Assembly (NCBI RefSeq): GCF_018350175.1
Contig: NC_058380.1
Coordinates: 9,300,001-9,364,000 of the forward strand
DNA length: 64,000 bases
DNA from: Felis catus
Lineage: Eukaryota
Direction: 5' to 3'
In this document: one piece after another, positions 51,409 through 64,000 of the stretch
Layout of the letters: each line of letters starts with the position of its first letter
Numbering within the stretch: the stretch's first letter is position 1
Notes under the pieces: generated by a model
Told to the model about the DNA's origin: nothing
The model's database searches: none
Seen by the model: the letters and a program-made list of their open reading frames with translations, nothing else
Made by a program: the position numbers and the translations under genes

Positions 51409-51939
51409 NNNNNNNNNNNNNNNNNNNNNNNNNNNNNNNNNNNNNNNNNNNNNNNNNNNNNNNNNNNNNNNNNNNNNNNNNNNNNNNNNNNNNNNNNNNN
51501 NNNNNNNNNNNNNNNNNNNNNNNNNNNNNNNNNNNNNNNNNNNNNNNNNNNNNNNNNNNNNNNNNNNNNNNNNNNTTTAAAATATGAGTAACAAATGCTA
51601 TTCATACAGTGTTTTTCACCTTACAGACATTTTGCTTGGAGCCTCCCTTTAAGCCAGGCATTATTATTTCCATTGGTAAAGGAAGGGATCCATAAAGGGC
51701 ATAAAACCTAAACCATCCTCAAGAAGGTCTTTCCGTGGACTCATTCAGACATTTTACTCAGTCGAGGAAACAAGATTTTAGAAACAAAAAAAGATTTAGA
51801 AAATTAAGAAATGAAATAGCACACAACAGCTTAGATGAGCCACGTGAGTTAAACCAAATCATCTCTAAGTAGTTAGGGATTTGTGGAGCAAGAAGGCCTC
51901 CTATGCTGGGTGAGCGGGGGAATCAGAGAAACATGCGGC

Positions 51940-52180
51940 CCAGGGGTTTAGAGTGCAGGCTCAGGAAACCTGTTAAAATCCTGGCTCTTTTGCATCCCAG
52001 TTGTGTGACTTTGGACAAGCTGTTCAGCCTTTCTGTGCCTCAGTTTCCTCGTCTGCAAAATGGAGGTAGTAACGGAACCCACCTAGGGGAGGTATGTGAG
52101 GTTTAAATGAGATGCTCTGGTCAAAGTGCTTGGCTTAACCCCTACTTCGGAGAAAGTGTTTAATAAATTCAGGTGTTATG
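51940..52180 (+). mobile_element. MIR
   Basis: tgtgactttggacaag...tctgtgcctcagtttcctcgtctgcaaaatgg core. Confidence 0.8.
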
Positions 52181-54734
52181 ACTACAAGACAAAACAACAG
52201 AGTTCCGGTGGAAAGGTCATTTGCCTACAGCCCCAGAGCTGGTTGGTGACAAAGCAGAGATTAGAGCCCGGATCCTGTCCGGTGTCCTTTTGTTATAAAC
52301 GAACCATAGCTTAATTAGGTTTTAAAACGTGGGTGATAAGAATTTTGGCAAAAAGAGAGAATTCGAGCTAGATATTCTGATCCCTGCAATCTATCAGTGT
52401 AGCTTTTCCAGGAAGCAGACACATCCCAAGTACTATGCAGAAAACATAAATAAATCAAATTCCTCCAGAATGTTCTTGTCTTCCTCCTACGTGTGGGACT
52501 GCCTCACAGCCAAACCCCTTCTAACATGGTTCATTTGTGATTTGAGTGACCAAATCCCCTTGGACAGGTATAAGAAGGTACCAGCTTATAAAACATTTGG
52601 TTCTTACTGTGACTAATGCCGTGGTGAGGCCCCTGTGTAGACAGTTCTGGCAGGACAGAAATGGATGTGGAGATTAAAGAACTAAAGTAAAGCCTGCAAT
52701 TATCTTTGAGACTAGCTTGTGCCTGGTTTTATATACACTCCTTAGCTATTTTGAGTCACCAGGGGCTTATCACTCCCGGCCTCAATTCAGAAAGCATTCT
52801 TCTGGTCACATGTTGTAACCATGAGAACAGTAGACCCACAACCAGTTACCATAACGTCCTTGGCTAATAAGGGCAGGCTCTATCACAATGCACTAAGGCT
52901 GAATGAATTTGGGCAATCAAGACTTAAATAATAGCACAACTTGAAACAAGATTGAGCTTAACATGATCCTTCAGCCTTTTCTCCACTTAGGTCTCTTCTG
53001 CTAGAAATATTTGTTGTTCTTTTGCCTTTTAAAGGCATTTCACATCAATCCCAGTCAATTCCAGAGAGGACAAGTTGACCCAAAATCTTTATTGGGTTCT
53101 AGAGACACCGTTTTCTTGACTTTTCTTGGAATAGAAGTAGAGCCTCCCTGGGTTTAGAAAGTGCTTTTCTGGTTAATGAGGACTACACAGTTTTATTCCT
53201 AATTACGGTAGTCCCTTTTATGGTGTCATGCTTCTAGAAGAGATTGGAAAGTTTGCATCCTTAAATGCCAAGCCAGCAAAACAGTTGTAGCATATATTAA
53301 AATCTGAGTAGTTATAACTCTATTTAAATCCTTAAGACGAGTGGAGCGGCTTGTACACGAACTATCTGCAGACTCGCGGAGAGTAACACAAGAGGATATT
53401 TCGGTCCAGTGTCTCAGCTGGGACTGAGCTGACAGGGCTGGAGTTTTGAGAACACAGATACAAGAGAGCCTGGGAGATGATGTCTTTCTCAGTGAGAAAT
53501 CTATTCATTCTCTTTTCATAGAGTCAGAAATTCTCTGCTTCTCTGTTGAGCACGAAGAATTGAAGGCGAACCAGTTTAGAGAGCCTTGCTTCGATCCTAC
53601 ATCTGGATTTTAGCCAATTTGTGTGGTGAAGAAACAGGCTTTCCCAAGTATGTTGCCCGGCGAGACTGCTGGGTTGAGTTTCTGGTCCATTACGGGGAGG
53701 TTCTGCCTATGTAACTTGTATCCCTCTAGTTGAGTTGGTTCCTCTTTGTTTTGATTTCAGTCCTGTTACTTCACCCTTAAAACCAGGAAGAGTTCGGTGG
53801 CCACTTTTCTCCTTTAAAAAATACGGTGGGTGGGTGGTAAATGTCATATCGTCAGTGGTGACAAAAGACAGAAGGGAATGATAATCCCTTCCCCTGCCTT
53901 GGGTCACCTTCCAATTCAGGCAAGACTTACTTCTACGAAGAGGCCAGCAAGGTAGGATGGAATCTGACTTGGTTCCCGGCACTGCCACATGTGTCTCCTT
54001 TGACTCTCAGCCTCCACAAAGTAAAACAGGGTAACGGAGCCAATCTCTTAGGTCTCTCCGAGAATCAGGAGACAACACATAGAGAGTACGAGTCTGGTGC
54101 ACAAAGAAGTGCTTCCTCTGACTTAGCGGCTGTTCCCTTTTCGACGAAACACTTAAGAACCTGCTTTAGGAAAACAAAACTGCAATAGAAACTTCAAAAA
54201 TTATGTGAACCAGTGAACATGTTCTTCTCCGATAAGGAATTGGAAAAAATCGGAGAAATGTCCAAATCTGAAATTTCTTTCATGTAATTAACCTTAGACC
54301 TTTCAGACAAGAGACAGCAAGACCAGCCTACCAAGGAATATATAATCACGTAGGAGATTAACATTTGCCGACTTACCACCAGGGGACAATATCAGGCTAT
54401 AATTACTGTACAGATGCTCCTTATGAAATACTGGGCTGGGCGATGTCAGATCCAAAAAGAGGCATGCGACAGTTTCCTCTAAGAGTGTCCAAAGAGGGGA
54501 CATAGTTTTGTGGAAAGAAGATTGATCTTTGACTCCCGTCTTGTTATCTATTAGTTAAATGAATATCTTTNNNNNNNNNNNNNNNNNNNNNNNNNNNNNN
54601 NNNNNNNNNNNNNNNNNNNNNNNNNNNNNNNNNNNNNNNNNNNNNNNNNNNNNNNNNNNNNNNNNNNNNNNNNNNNNNNNNNNNNNNNNNNNNNNNNNNN
54701 NNNNNNNNNNNNNNNNNNNNNNNNNNNNNNNNNN

Positions 54735-54930
54735 GAGAGAGACAGAGAAAGAGTGCACATGCCCAGGGAAGGGCAGAGAGACAAAGAGGGAAAGAGAGAG
54801 AATCCCAAGGAGGCTCTGCACTGACAGTGCAGAGCCCAATGCGGGCTCAAACTCACAAACTGTGGGATCATAACCCGAACCGAAATCAAGAGTCGGATGC
54901 TCAACAAACTGAGCCACCGAAGTGCCACCG
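54735..54930 (-). mobile_element. CanSINE (tail in N-gap)
   Basis: Reverse SINE body. Confidence 0.88.
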
Positions 54931-55021
54931 CCCCTCCCCCCAACACACACCAGTTTTGCTTCTTCCTTCTCTGTCAAATAGGCAAGAGAAATTCCAATTC
55001 CCTCACAGGACTATTGAGAGT

Positions 55022-55172
55022 ACAGGTCCTCAAACCATCACGCTCTAGAGGATGTTATTAAAATGTAGTCTGTTTCAGGAGGTTTTGGGGTGGAGCCTGG
55101 GCTTCTGCATTTCCAGAAATCTCCAGGAGCTGCTGCTGCTGTTGGTCAGGCACCACACTTTGAGAAACAACA
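55022..55172. mobile_element. MER5A-like hAT MITE
   Basis: ggggtggagcctgg...ctgcattt...accacactttgagaaac. Confidence 0.7.
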
Positions 55173-56023
55173 ATTTAGAGGAACGTATGAGATACACATG
55201 TAAGAGGACTTGTCAACTGCTGGGCATAAGGGAGGGTACAAGTGAGTGATATGAGTGGCAGCAGCACTCATATATTCTCCTGAGAAATGTTCTCCAATAA
55301 AAAATATTATCGGCTCTCATGTCTTTCCGTTCTACACGGTTCTTTTTGCTGTTTCTAACAGTACCTATATTAAGAGTTCATTGTTTTTAGCGTGGTTGGG
55401 ATGGAGCCTGCTGGAGTTCAACATGCCTGGCACAGCGCAGACACCGAAGAAAGAAAAGGAGGGATCAAAGGAAGGGGGAAGGAAGGGAGAAAGGATAGAA
55501 ATATGTCGTGTTTTAGGGGTAGCGGTGGCTGTCGCATCTCAGAGATAAGGAGATGGGCCAGAAAGGAGGGAAACAGCCTGCCGGCATTTTGCCTCAAATA
55601 TTTAAGGGCAGCGGTAAGTGAAGATAGATTTGTCAGAGGTATTTATATTGACGATGGGGAAATTTAGGGATGCTACCGTGAATAAATATGGTTTGATAAA
55701 TTCCCAGGAACCACTTGTGATGCCTCATCTGTCTCTACGGCTGTATCTACCCACACAAACATGGAGACAGTCTTTTTGTCAAAAAACAAACAAACATTAC
55801 TTTTAGAGCTGATCTAAGACTATGGGTCTTATGTGTAGGTGAACAGCATTTACTGAGCCCTCACTGTGTGCAGAGCACGAGACCAGGTGGTAGGCCTGTT
55901 TCCGTGGGACGTGCTTCGTGGTTGCATCACAGCACAGCCAAACCGTGGCCAGGACCTGGGAGCAGGGCTGATTTGCCTTCTCATCCTTTGGGCAAGATGT
56001 CTTCACTTCTTTTCTTAAAGAAG

Positions 56024-56242
56024 TTTTTTTAACGTTTATCTATTTTTGAGAGAGAGAGAGAGATTTTTCAGAGCATGAGCAGGGGAGGGGCAGAGAGAGA
56101 AGGAGACACAGAATCCGAAGCAGGCTCCGGGCTCCCAGCTGTCAGCACAGAGCCCGCTGCGGGGCTCGAACTCACGAACTCTGAGAGATCATGACCTGAG
56201 CCAAAGCCAGACGCTTAACTGACTGAGCCACCCAGGCACCCC
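56024..56242 (-). mobile_element. CanSINE
   Basis: Reverse head and tail. Confidence 0.93.
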
Positions 56243-58319
56243 ACCTCTTAAGTTTTAAAAAGATGTCGCAGGTAATTCTGAGTTCCTTTCTACCAACATT
56301 TGAACGAACAGAAAGATAAAAAAGGCAAGCAGTTAAAAGGAAGGCTCCCTAAAAGTTCTTTACTCAAAGGACCTCACAATTCCATCTCCTCTCAGATTGT
56401 ACCCCCTCTTGGCCTGCTCTCTCCTGCTTCTCCCCCACCATCTCAGATTCTCGAGAGCTTTCGTACTTACTTTGTTATCATGTGTCTTCACCACTAAGAC
56501 ACAAGCTCACTGAGGGTGGGGACTTTGGGCTGCTTTGTTGGCTGCTGAACCCCAGCAAGTGGAATTAACATGGGCTTGTATCGGGAGTTCAGCAAGTGTT
56601 GGTTAAGGAAATAAAGAAATAGTGAGGATTTGTAGTAGATAAATGCTTAGCAAAATACTTTCTTGAAGAGGCTGTATGGCTTCAAATTTGTGGAGGGAGT
56701 TTCTGGATTTCTGAAAACCACAACGAATGTCTCGTTATTTAATTCCTTTTCTCCCAATAAATAACTTTTTGTTTCTTACTAAGGACGGTGGCTAATACAA
56801 CACATTGCCCAAGATTTAGTAAATGTTTATTGAACAGTGACTATGGATTGGACACTTTTTTCCTGCATCCTTCTAAAAGCAAGGCACTCATAAAGCCATT
56901 CAGAGGGCTCTGCAGTTACTTACCCAAGAGCCTCCCAGAGTATAGAAGTCACTTCTGAGTCCCCAAGGAAACTCTCTCTCTCTCCTTGTGGTGGGGACTG
57001 GAGAGCCACAGAAACAGAATCGGGGTGTATGTCTGATCTTTCTGCAAGTGGTAAATAAGAATGCCTTTGACGGATCTTACTGACTCCCACAAACCTCCTA
57101 GATCAAGCGGGGACCCACAGCATCTCTTGAGACAGGGGGGTGGTAGGAAATGTTAACCTCTAACCCGAGGCTCCCCAGGGCTGTGCCAGTTAGAGTCCCC
57201 ATCAAACCCCAGTCGAAATAGTGTTTCCTTCCAATGGACCACTTATTTGGGGATGCCTTGGAGCTGGGGGCCCTCAGTTTGGGAGCCACTAAGGTGACCA
57301 CATTTTACCGTCTTAACCCTTTAAAGACGGCGCTGACATTATCTGGCAGAGCAGGGGGTCGCGGTGACCTGACTTTAGAAGTGATTTAGTGAGAGCTGAG
57401 CCCCAGCTTGTGAATCCTATTTTCAGTCTTCATGCAGTTTTAAGATTTAGCCCAATTTCCAGACCATCCCCTACCCAGGCTTGAAAATGGCTTTATTTCA
57501 CACTTTGCGGCAGGAGGTAAGTGGGTTTCTATGTGAAACTGATGGTGCCAAAGACATTTACGAACATTAAAAAATGTCTGAACATGGCTTCAAGCCACTC
57601 AGACTATTTCTCATCCCGCGCCGTGCCTTGTGAAGCGTATGCAAGTTCAGAGCTCTCTTTGAAATCAGTGGCAGTTACGAGCTTCGAGCAACTCTGTGGG
57701 GCACTGAGCGATATAATAAATGAGCCCCTTTGAAGACCAACCATTGTAGTCGGGCTCTTTTTGTGCTGCCCGACACTGATTTCTCGGGGTGTTCGGCGGT
57801 GGGTGGGAGTGGCCCATCAGCAACACGCCCTGCCCTCCGGGTCTCCAAGTTCAGCCAGGGGGTGGGGGGGTGCGGACGGAGAAGGAAGACCTCTGATTTC
57901 CTTCAGGCATCGCTCCCAACCCTTTCCGCTCTCCTTCTGATATCAACATGTGGGATAAACCATCCCACACCCACACGCTTTGATTTGAAACAAAACCAAA
58001 GCTGCCTTTCATCCGCATGGACTTATTGGTCCATACAGCAAGAAAACACCAACAGTAACAGCGAGAGAAACAAGACAAACACCAAGAGCTGGTACCTGCC
58101 AGGAGAGAAAGCAGATGTGATTTGTGTATCAAGGGGTTTTTCAGATTATTTATTTAGGAGGAGGCAAAGAATACAATCTGGGAGAGTTTTCATGTTTCTC
58201 TGATGACATTACAGGTCACAGTGATACTCTGACACAAAGATGAAAGTCCTTGACTATTCTTAAAAGGGAATTAAAGCTTTTTGTTTTGACTTTTGACTAA
58301 ATACTCTTTAAAAAAAAAT

Positions 58320-58995
58320 TTTTTTTTAATGTTTGTTTATTTTTGAGAGACAGATCCTGAGTGGGGGAGGGGCAGAGAGAGAGGGAGACTCAGAATCACA
58401 AACAGGCTCCAGGCTCCGAGCTGTCACCACAGAGGCGGACGCAGGGCTCGAACCCACAAACCGCGAGATGGTGACCTGAGCCGAAGTCGGACGTTTAATG
58501 GACTGAGCCACCCAGGCTCCCCTAAATACTCTTTTTTTTCCCCTTTTTTTTTTTTTATTTAAAAAAAAAATTTTTTTTTTTCAATGTTTATTTATTTTTG
58601 GGACCCAGAGAGACAGAGCATGAACGGGGGAGGGGCAGAGAGAGAGGGAGACACAGAATCGGAAACAGGCTCCAGGCTCTGAGCCATCAGCCCAGAGCCC
58701 GACGCGGGGCTCGAACTCACGGACCGCGAGATCGTGACCTGGCTGAAGTCGGACGCTTAACCGACTGCGCCACCCAGGCGCCCCTTTTTTCCCCTTTTTT
58801 AAAGTTTATGTATTTATTTTGAGAGAGACATGCAGCACGAATCAGGGAGGGGCCCAGAGAGAGGGAAGGAGAGAGAGTCCCAAACAAGCTCCATGTGGAG
58901 CCTGACAGGGGACTCAAACTGACAAAACCGTGAGATCATGACCTGAGTTGAAACCAAGAATCAGATGCTTAAGTGACTGAGCCACCCAGGCACCT
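58320..58995 (-). mobile_element. Three nested CanSINEs (~58320-58522, 58550-58783, 58800-58995)
   Basis: Nested TSDs: ttgactaaata(c/t)tctt outer; taaatactcttt and tttttccccttttt inner. Confidence 0.93.
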
Positions 58996-59101
58996 CTTGA
59001 CTAAATATTCTTAAATGGCTAGTATGTAAATTTCAAAGTTCAAATAATTAAGTTGAGTAAGATAAGTATGTTTGGGTTGCCTTTAAATATGTTGAAAAGA
59101 A

Positions 59102-59570
59102 GGGGTGCCTGGGTAGCTCAGTAGTTTCAGCGTCCAACTTCGGTTCAGGTCATGATCTCATAGTCCATGAGTTCGAGCCCCACATAGGGCTTTGTGCTGA
59201 CAGCTCAAAGCCTGGAGCCTGCTTTAGATTCTGTTGTCTCCCTCTCTCTCCCTGCCCCTTCCCTGCTCGCACTCTCTCTCCCTCAAAAATAAATAAACAT
59301 TAAATAAAAATAACTAACTAAATAAATATGTTTAAAAGAAGTTTGAGGGGCGCCTGGGTGGCTCAGTTGGTTGAGCGTCCGACTTCAGCTCAGGTCACGA
59401 TCTCACAGTCCATGAGTTCGAGCCCCGCGTCGGGCTCTGGACTGATGGCTCAGAGCCTGGAGCCTGCTTCTGATTCTGTGTCTCCCTCTGTCTCTGCCCC
59501 TCTCCCATTCATGCTCTGTCTCTCTCTGTCTCAAAAAGAAATAAAACGTTAAAAAAAAATTAAAAAAAAA
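59102..59570 (+). mobile_element. Two tandem CanSINEs (~59102-59320, 59347-59570)
   Basis: TSDs taaatatgtt(g/t)aaaagaa and aaaagaagtttga. Confidence 0.93.
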
Positions 59571-60379
59571 AAAAGAAGTTTGAATTACTTGGTCCAATTT
59601 TTCAAGTGCAAGTTTGAATGGCAATTGGAACGCTGTCTCTTGCGCTACATGCAGACTCAACTCATTTCTGCTGAGCGCCTTCTTTATTTCTTGCAACCAC
59701 ACTGTGAGATCACTATTGTTAACCCTACTCCGCCACAGAACTGAAGCAAGGGAGGTTCGACGACAGAGAGCTGCCAGTGCCAGAGCCACAGCCAAAGGCA
59801 GGCCCTCTGACTAGCAAGTCTGGCCCTGATCCCACCATGAAACTATAGCTTTTTCTCAAACTACAATAATCCAACCCTCTCCCCAATTAAATTAGCATGC
59901 TGTTTATTCACAAGGAGAAGTGTCTGGGCAAATATTGAGTTAGGTCTAAGTCCCTGCAGGGGCCAATCAAGAATGATCGTAAGAAAAGTAAATATCAGGT
60001 AAAACAGACTTCAAGGAAACGTGCATTTCGAGACACAGATGTGGGATAGGAAAGTTCCAAGCCCTCTTTACCATCTTTGAAACTCTTCTCAAATCAAGAG
60101 CAAAAATAGTCAGACTTATCCTCATAACTATTGATTGGCTTAAGGCCTCTTTCAGTTTACTTTTTTGTGTTCTGCCTCATTGCAAAAATGATGCCAGGTG
60201 GATAGCAGATAACAAATAAGTGGGCTATAGGTAAAGAACAAAAGAAAGAAAGAATATTAACTGGAAACCAGAGGTGAATTAATACCTGCAAATTCATGCC
60301 ACTGTGAGGATGAAAGCAAAACATAAACACAAAACCAAAGAAGAGCGGCTGTAAAATAATAATTGTAACAACAACAATA

Positions 60380-60620
60380 ATGGCAAACGTGTGGTGGACT
60401 TACGATTTGCCAGACAACGGCGCTAAACACGTCTACACTGATTGTGTCTTTGAATTTTTACTGCAGCCTTATGAAGGAGGTAGGATTATTTTTGTTATTT
60501 TACAAACAAGGAAACTGAGGCCCAGAGAAACTAAGAGGGTCAAGGTCAACGAGCTGCTAGACGAGGGATGCTGGATTTGAACCCAAGCTTTGTGGTTTCA
60601 AGACTCTGCTCTTGACCATC
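60380..60620 (-). mobile_element. MIR
   Basis: attttacaaacaaggaaactgaggcccagaga...ggatttgaaccca. Confidence 0.78.
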
Positions 60621-61259
60621 CCTCGCTGTACCCCCAGATACACATATTGTTGTTGCTAATGAAAAACCTATTGTTTTCTGGCATTGGGCGGAAGGGAACT
60701 GGCTCTTTGTGCCCTCACGAGTGGGCATGCTGCTTGGAAGGCTAGTGGCTTTCTCAACGTCCTCCATGATGCTAACAACGAAGGCTGACAGGCTGATGAT
60801 TGTTTCTTGTTGGTCCCACAATGCAAGCCGGGGCCCAATGCCAGCATGCAATTCACTAAATGTGAGTCAAAGTAAAAGGAGCTAAAACAATATGGTTCAA
60901 GTATTTAGTTTGGATGGCTTACCTTGACCTTGAGATATAATCTAAACTATCTAGGGAGACAGATGGACTTCATGTCCTTCAAGCAATCCTCCATGGAGCC
61001 TCCTTAGCTGTAAACATTCCTTGAGCACTGCTCTGCTGAAGGAAAAAGAAAAATCACAACCATAGAGAATGGAGACCATAAATCTGGAGTGAAACTAATC
61101 TCAGTTTTGCCTTCAGTGTTACTCAGCAGTCCTATTACATGCGCTTCTCCCATTTCCCTCAGCTGCTATTCCAAACCTTTACCACTCTTCAAAGCTTTCA
61201 ATCTTCTCTTTGGGATGACCTTGTTTCCAAGTCAGGGACTGGCCGCCATCAAAAATGGC

Positions 61260-62725
61260 GTCCTTCATCTTCCCACCCATTCAGCCACAAGCCCATCCAC
61301 CTCTGCACCCATCCTTTCCCTGTCCCCATTGCTAGCCAAAGACAGTTTTCCTGTCAAAGGCAACTCTGTCCACTGGTGCTATGGGGTATGATTCCACCTT
61401 GCCTCCTTAGAAAACGTGCTTTATCAGCAAGGTCCTTTTCTTACCTCCGATGCTCCGTTGGCGGTTCCCCTCAGTGTACAAATATGTTCATCCCTCTCCT
61501 TTAAAAAACAAACAAAACCTATTTAAATAGCTAATTTTTTTAGCACCCCTAAGTTTCTTTTTTTGACAGCCCCTCTTTCACAAAGCGCAAGCTGGATTTC
61601 CTCACTCTGACTCCACATTACACATTCACTGCTGGAACCATTCTAACCTGGCTCTAGGCACGTCAGTGCACTGAAGTTGCCCTGCTCACTTCCTGACGCA
61701 TTTAAAATTCTCATCTTATATGACTTGTCCTGCCTGCTGACTATTCTCCCAGGCTTGCAATTCTGGTTTGCCTTTCACAATATTCCACCCCCCCCCCCCC
61801 GCCCCCATCTCTCTCTCTCCTCGTTTACCTCTGCACTGGTTACTCCTTTCTGGTGCCTTGACTGGGTTCTATTTCTCTCCCCTCTCCTTAAACGCCAGGG
61901 TTTTCTTTCCCATTCACTTTTGGGGAAAATCTTGGGTCCCAAGGTTTTACAGCTAAATCTCTATCCTGAGCCCATATCTCCAACTGTTTTCTAAATAAGT
62001 TCCACCTGGGTATCCCACAGGCACTGCAAACTCAGGATGTTCAGAATAGAACATCTCTGCTTTGGGGCCCATACCTATTTACTACACAAAAGCCTCTCTC
62101 CCTCCTAGATTCTTCGTATGAGTGAATGTTAGACCCTTCCCTCAGTTTCCCAAGCCACCATTCTGGGATCCTTGGACCCCTTTCTCACATTCCAGGCAAC
62201 GCATCCCTATGTATTCTACTCTTCGCTTATCTGTCATGTCTAAGGGGGTTACCATGTTACTTGATCAGGTGCACTGACTCCCTTAACCACTGCAATATAA
62301 TCCTTGACATTTCTCTCCAGGAACTTCCATTTCTACCAACCCTCCCCCCCCCCCCCGCCCGCCCACGCTTTCATAGTAGCCCCAGAGTTCAAATACAAAA
62401 ACTTGATTACGTTTCTGCCTCAATTTACCATCGATCATTAGCATCTCTGACTCATACCATATAGTTGGAAATCTTTTGTCTGCCTGGAAAACACCTATTC
62501 ATACTTCTCTTTCCTCTGAGAAGTTTTCCAGGATGGATTGAAATGTGTTATCCTAATGTCCCAGTCAACTTTGTGGATCATCCGATTTTGTAAATCTTAT
62601 CAGATTGACTTGTTTGCAAGTCTGAGTCTCTGCTTGTTTAAATGCCCTGAGAGTAGGACCTTGCTTTCTCAACTTTGTATCCACAGCATGTAATATACTA
62701 GTAGGCCCTCAGTAAGCATTAAGAG
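61260..62725 (+). mobile_element. L2 fragment
   Basis: Pyrimidine-rich L2 body (catatctccaactg...tccacctgggtatcccacaggcac...aaactca) and 3' end (cagtaggccctcagtaag). Confidence 0.72.
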
Positions 62726-64000
62726 AGTGAAGGAATTTTCAGAAAGTCTGTAATTGCCATGAGTGGGAAAAAAATCTTGCCTGGGGAATCTCTTACCCGA
62801 ACAAGAGACCAGTATTCAATTACTTCTTCATAATAACTCACTTTTCCTCTCGTGGGGAATATATATCCAGAAAATATTGGCTATTGAGTGATCCAAAACT
62901 GTTAAGGTTAACTAGCAAAGTAGAAAGAAGGTAGTTCCTTGGTAGTTCCCAGGTGTTTTAAATGAGCATCTTGGACACAAATGGACAGACCCATTTATGA
63001 ACTGGGTAACCCGAGGCAAATCTCCTAGCCTCCTTTTCTCATTCTTTGTGTCCTGTTTGACCCTGAGATTTGGATTCTGGGGAAAAACAATGCCTATACT
63101 AATCTGGCCCTTTAGGGCCTGTCAGCCTAATCCTTATGGAAACACAACTCTCCTAGCACTTGGCATCTCCATAAATACACAATTAACTCATGCCTAGAGA
63201 TTTACTGGCTGGTATCTTCATCTTTGCCACATTCTTTCAAATTGATTTAGTGGTGGAGAAAGCTAGGCCAAGAGCATGATTTATCCATTTGACCTTTGAC
63301 CTGGCCTGGAGCCTCATTCAAATCTGTATTTTCGTGGTAGGCCTGTATTTTAATCATTAAGTTGCTTTCCCCACTGTGTGTTGTGTCCTTTCTAACTCTT
63401 GAAACAAAATCAAATTATGTATTTTGAATCAACAGAGCATTGAGAGAGTCAGTCATGGGACAAAAGGAGGCAAGTTGGGGAACAGGGGAAAAAGCAGATT
63501 GTCAGATTCAAAGCGAGAGCTGCATTGTGGCCACTGGGGCTTAGGGATGGAGACTAAAAAAATTTTTTAATTTTTTCATTTAAAAAAGATGCTCACATTT
63601 CTGGCTAATTAGCGCTGTAAAGAATCAGCACCGTTGGCAAGGCTAAATAAGGTGGGCCTTTTCCCCCTGCTTTGCAAGGTTGTTTTGCGAAGTCAATGTG
63701 GTGACATAGATGAAAGCAATTTGCCAATGATAAAGTTCTCCGTTAATGTGTTCTATTACCGGAACAGCCACTCTGTAGGTACTATCACCTTTGGGGTCAC
63801 TACGTCCCACAGTGGCTACTGGTCCGCTGAGTTCCAGGGGAGCATTGGCCTTGATCAGTATGGCAACATTTGCCCCCACAGGAATACCAAATATACCACC
63901 TGCAGAGTGCTGCTTTAAAGGCCGAGGATCTTTTTCTTATTTAAAAAAATGCAAAAGACTTTCAGTTTTCGAAACAATAAGTGGCACTGACATCTCTCAA

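Noticed and set aside
32000-64000. A second protein-coding gene upstream of SMARCA2
   Set aside because: No recognisable protein or consistent exon chain; ORFs are short and mostly repeat-derived.

Overview
Mammalian genomic DNA, almost certainly a felid (dense tRNA-derived CanSINEs, several of the young cat SINEC_Fc type), with seven N-gaps. The left half holds the 5' part of SMARCA2 (BRM, SWI/SNF ATPase) on the minus strand. It includes a CpG-island promoter (~28.3-31.7 kb) and a non-coding exon 1 mostly hidden in the 31006-31193 gap. Coding exons 2 (16282-16506), 3 (12624-12753) and 4 (5599-5985, QLQ domain) have canonical AG/GT ends and consistent phases; the gene continues off the left edge. 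The right half (32-64 kb) is upstream intergenic DNA made of SINE, LINE, LTR and DNA-transposon relics plus unique sequence. I see no convincing new multi-gene system. The most notable observations are: a tailless 5'-half tRNA-Gln insertion with a perfect 14-bp TSD nested in a SINE junction; replacement of the human polyQ tract by a QP repeat; a polypyrimidine-CAG|GTAAGG composite splice site in intron 1; two old L1s fused head-to-head at the same L1 coordinate; inverted SINE pairs bracketing each coding exon; a (TG)24 tract bounded by an 11-bp direct repeat next to the promoter; and non-insertion states at the orthologues of the human BRM-741/-1321 sites. Repeat family names and human comparisons are from memory, not from a search.
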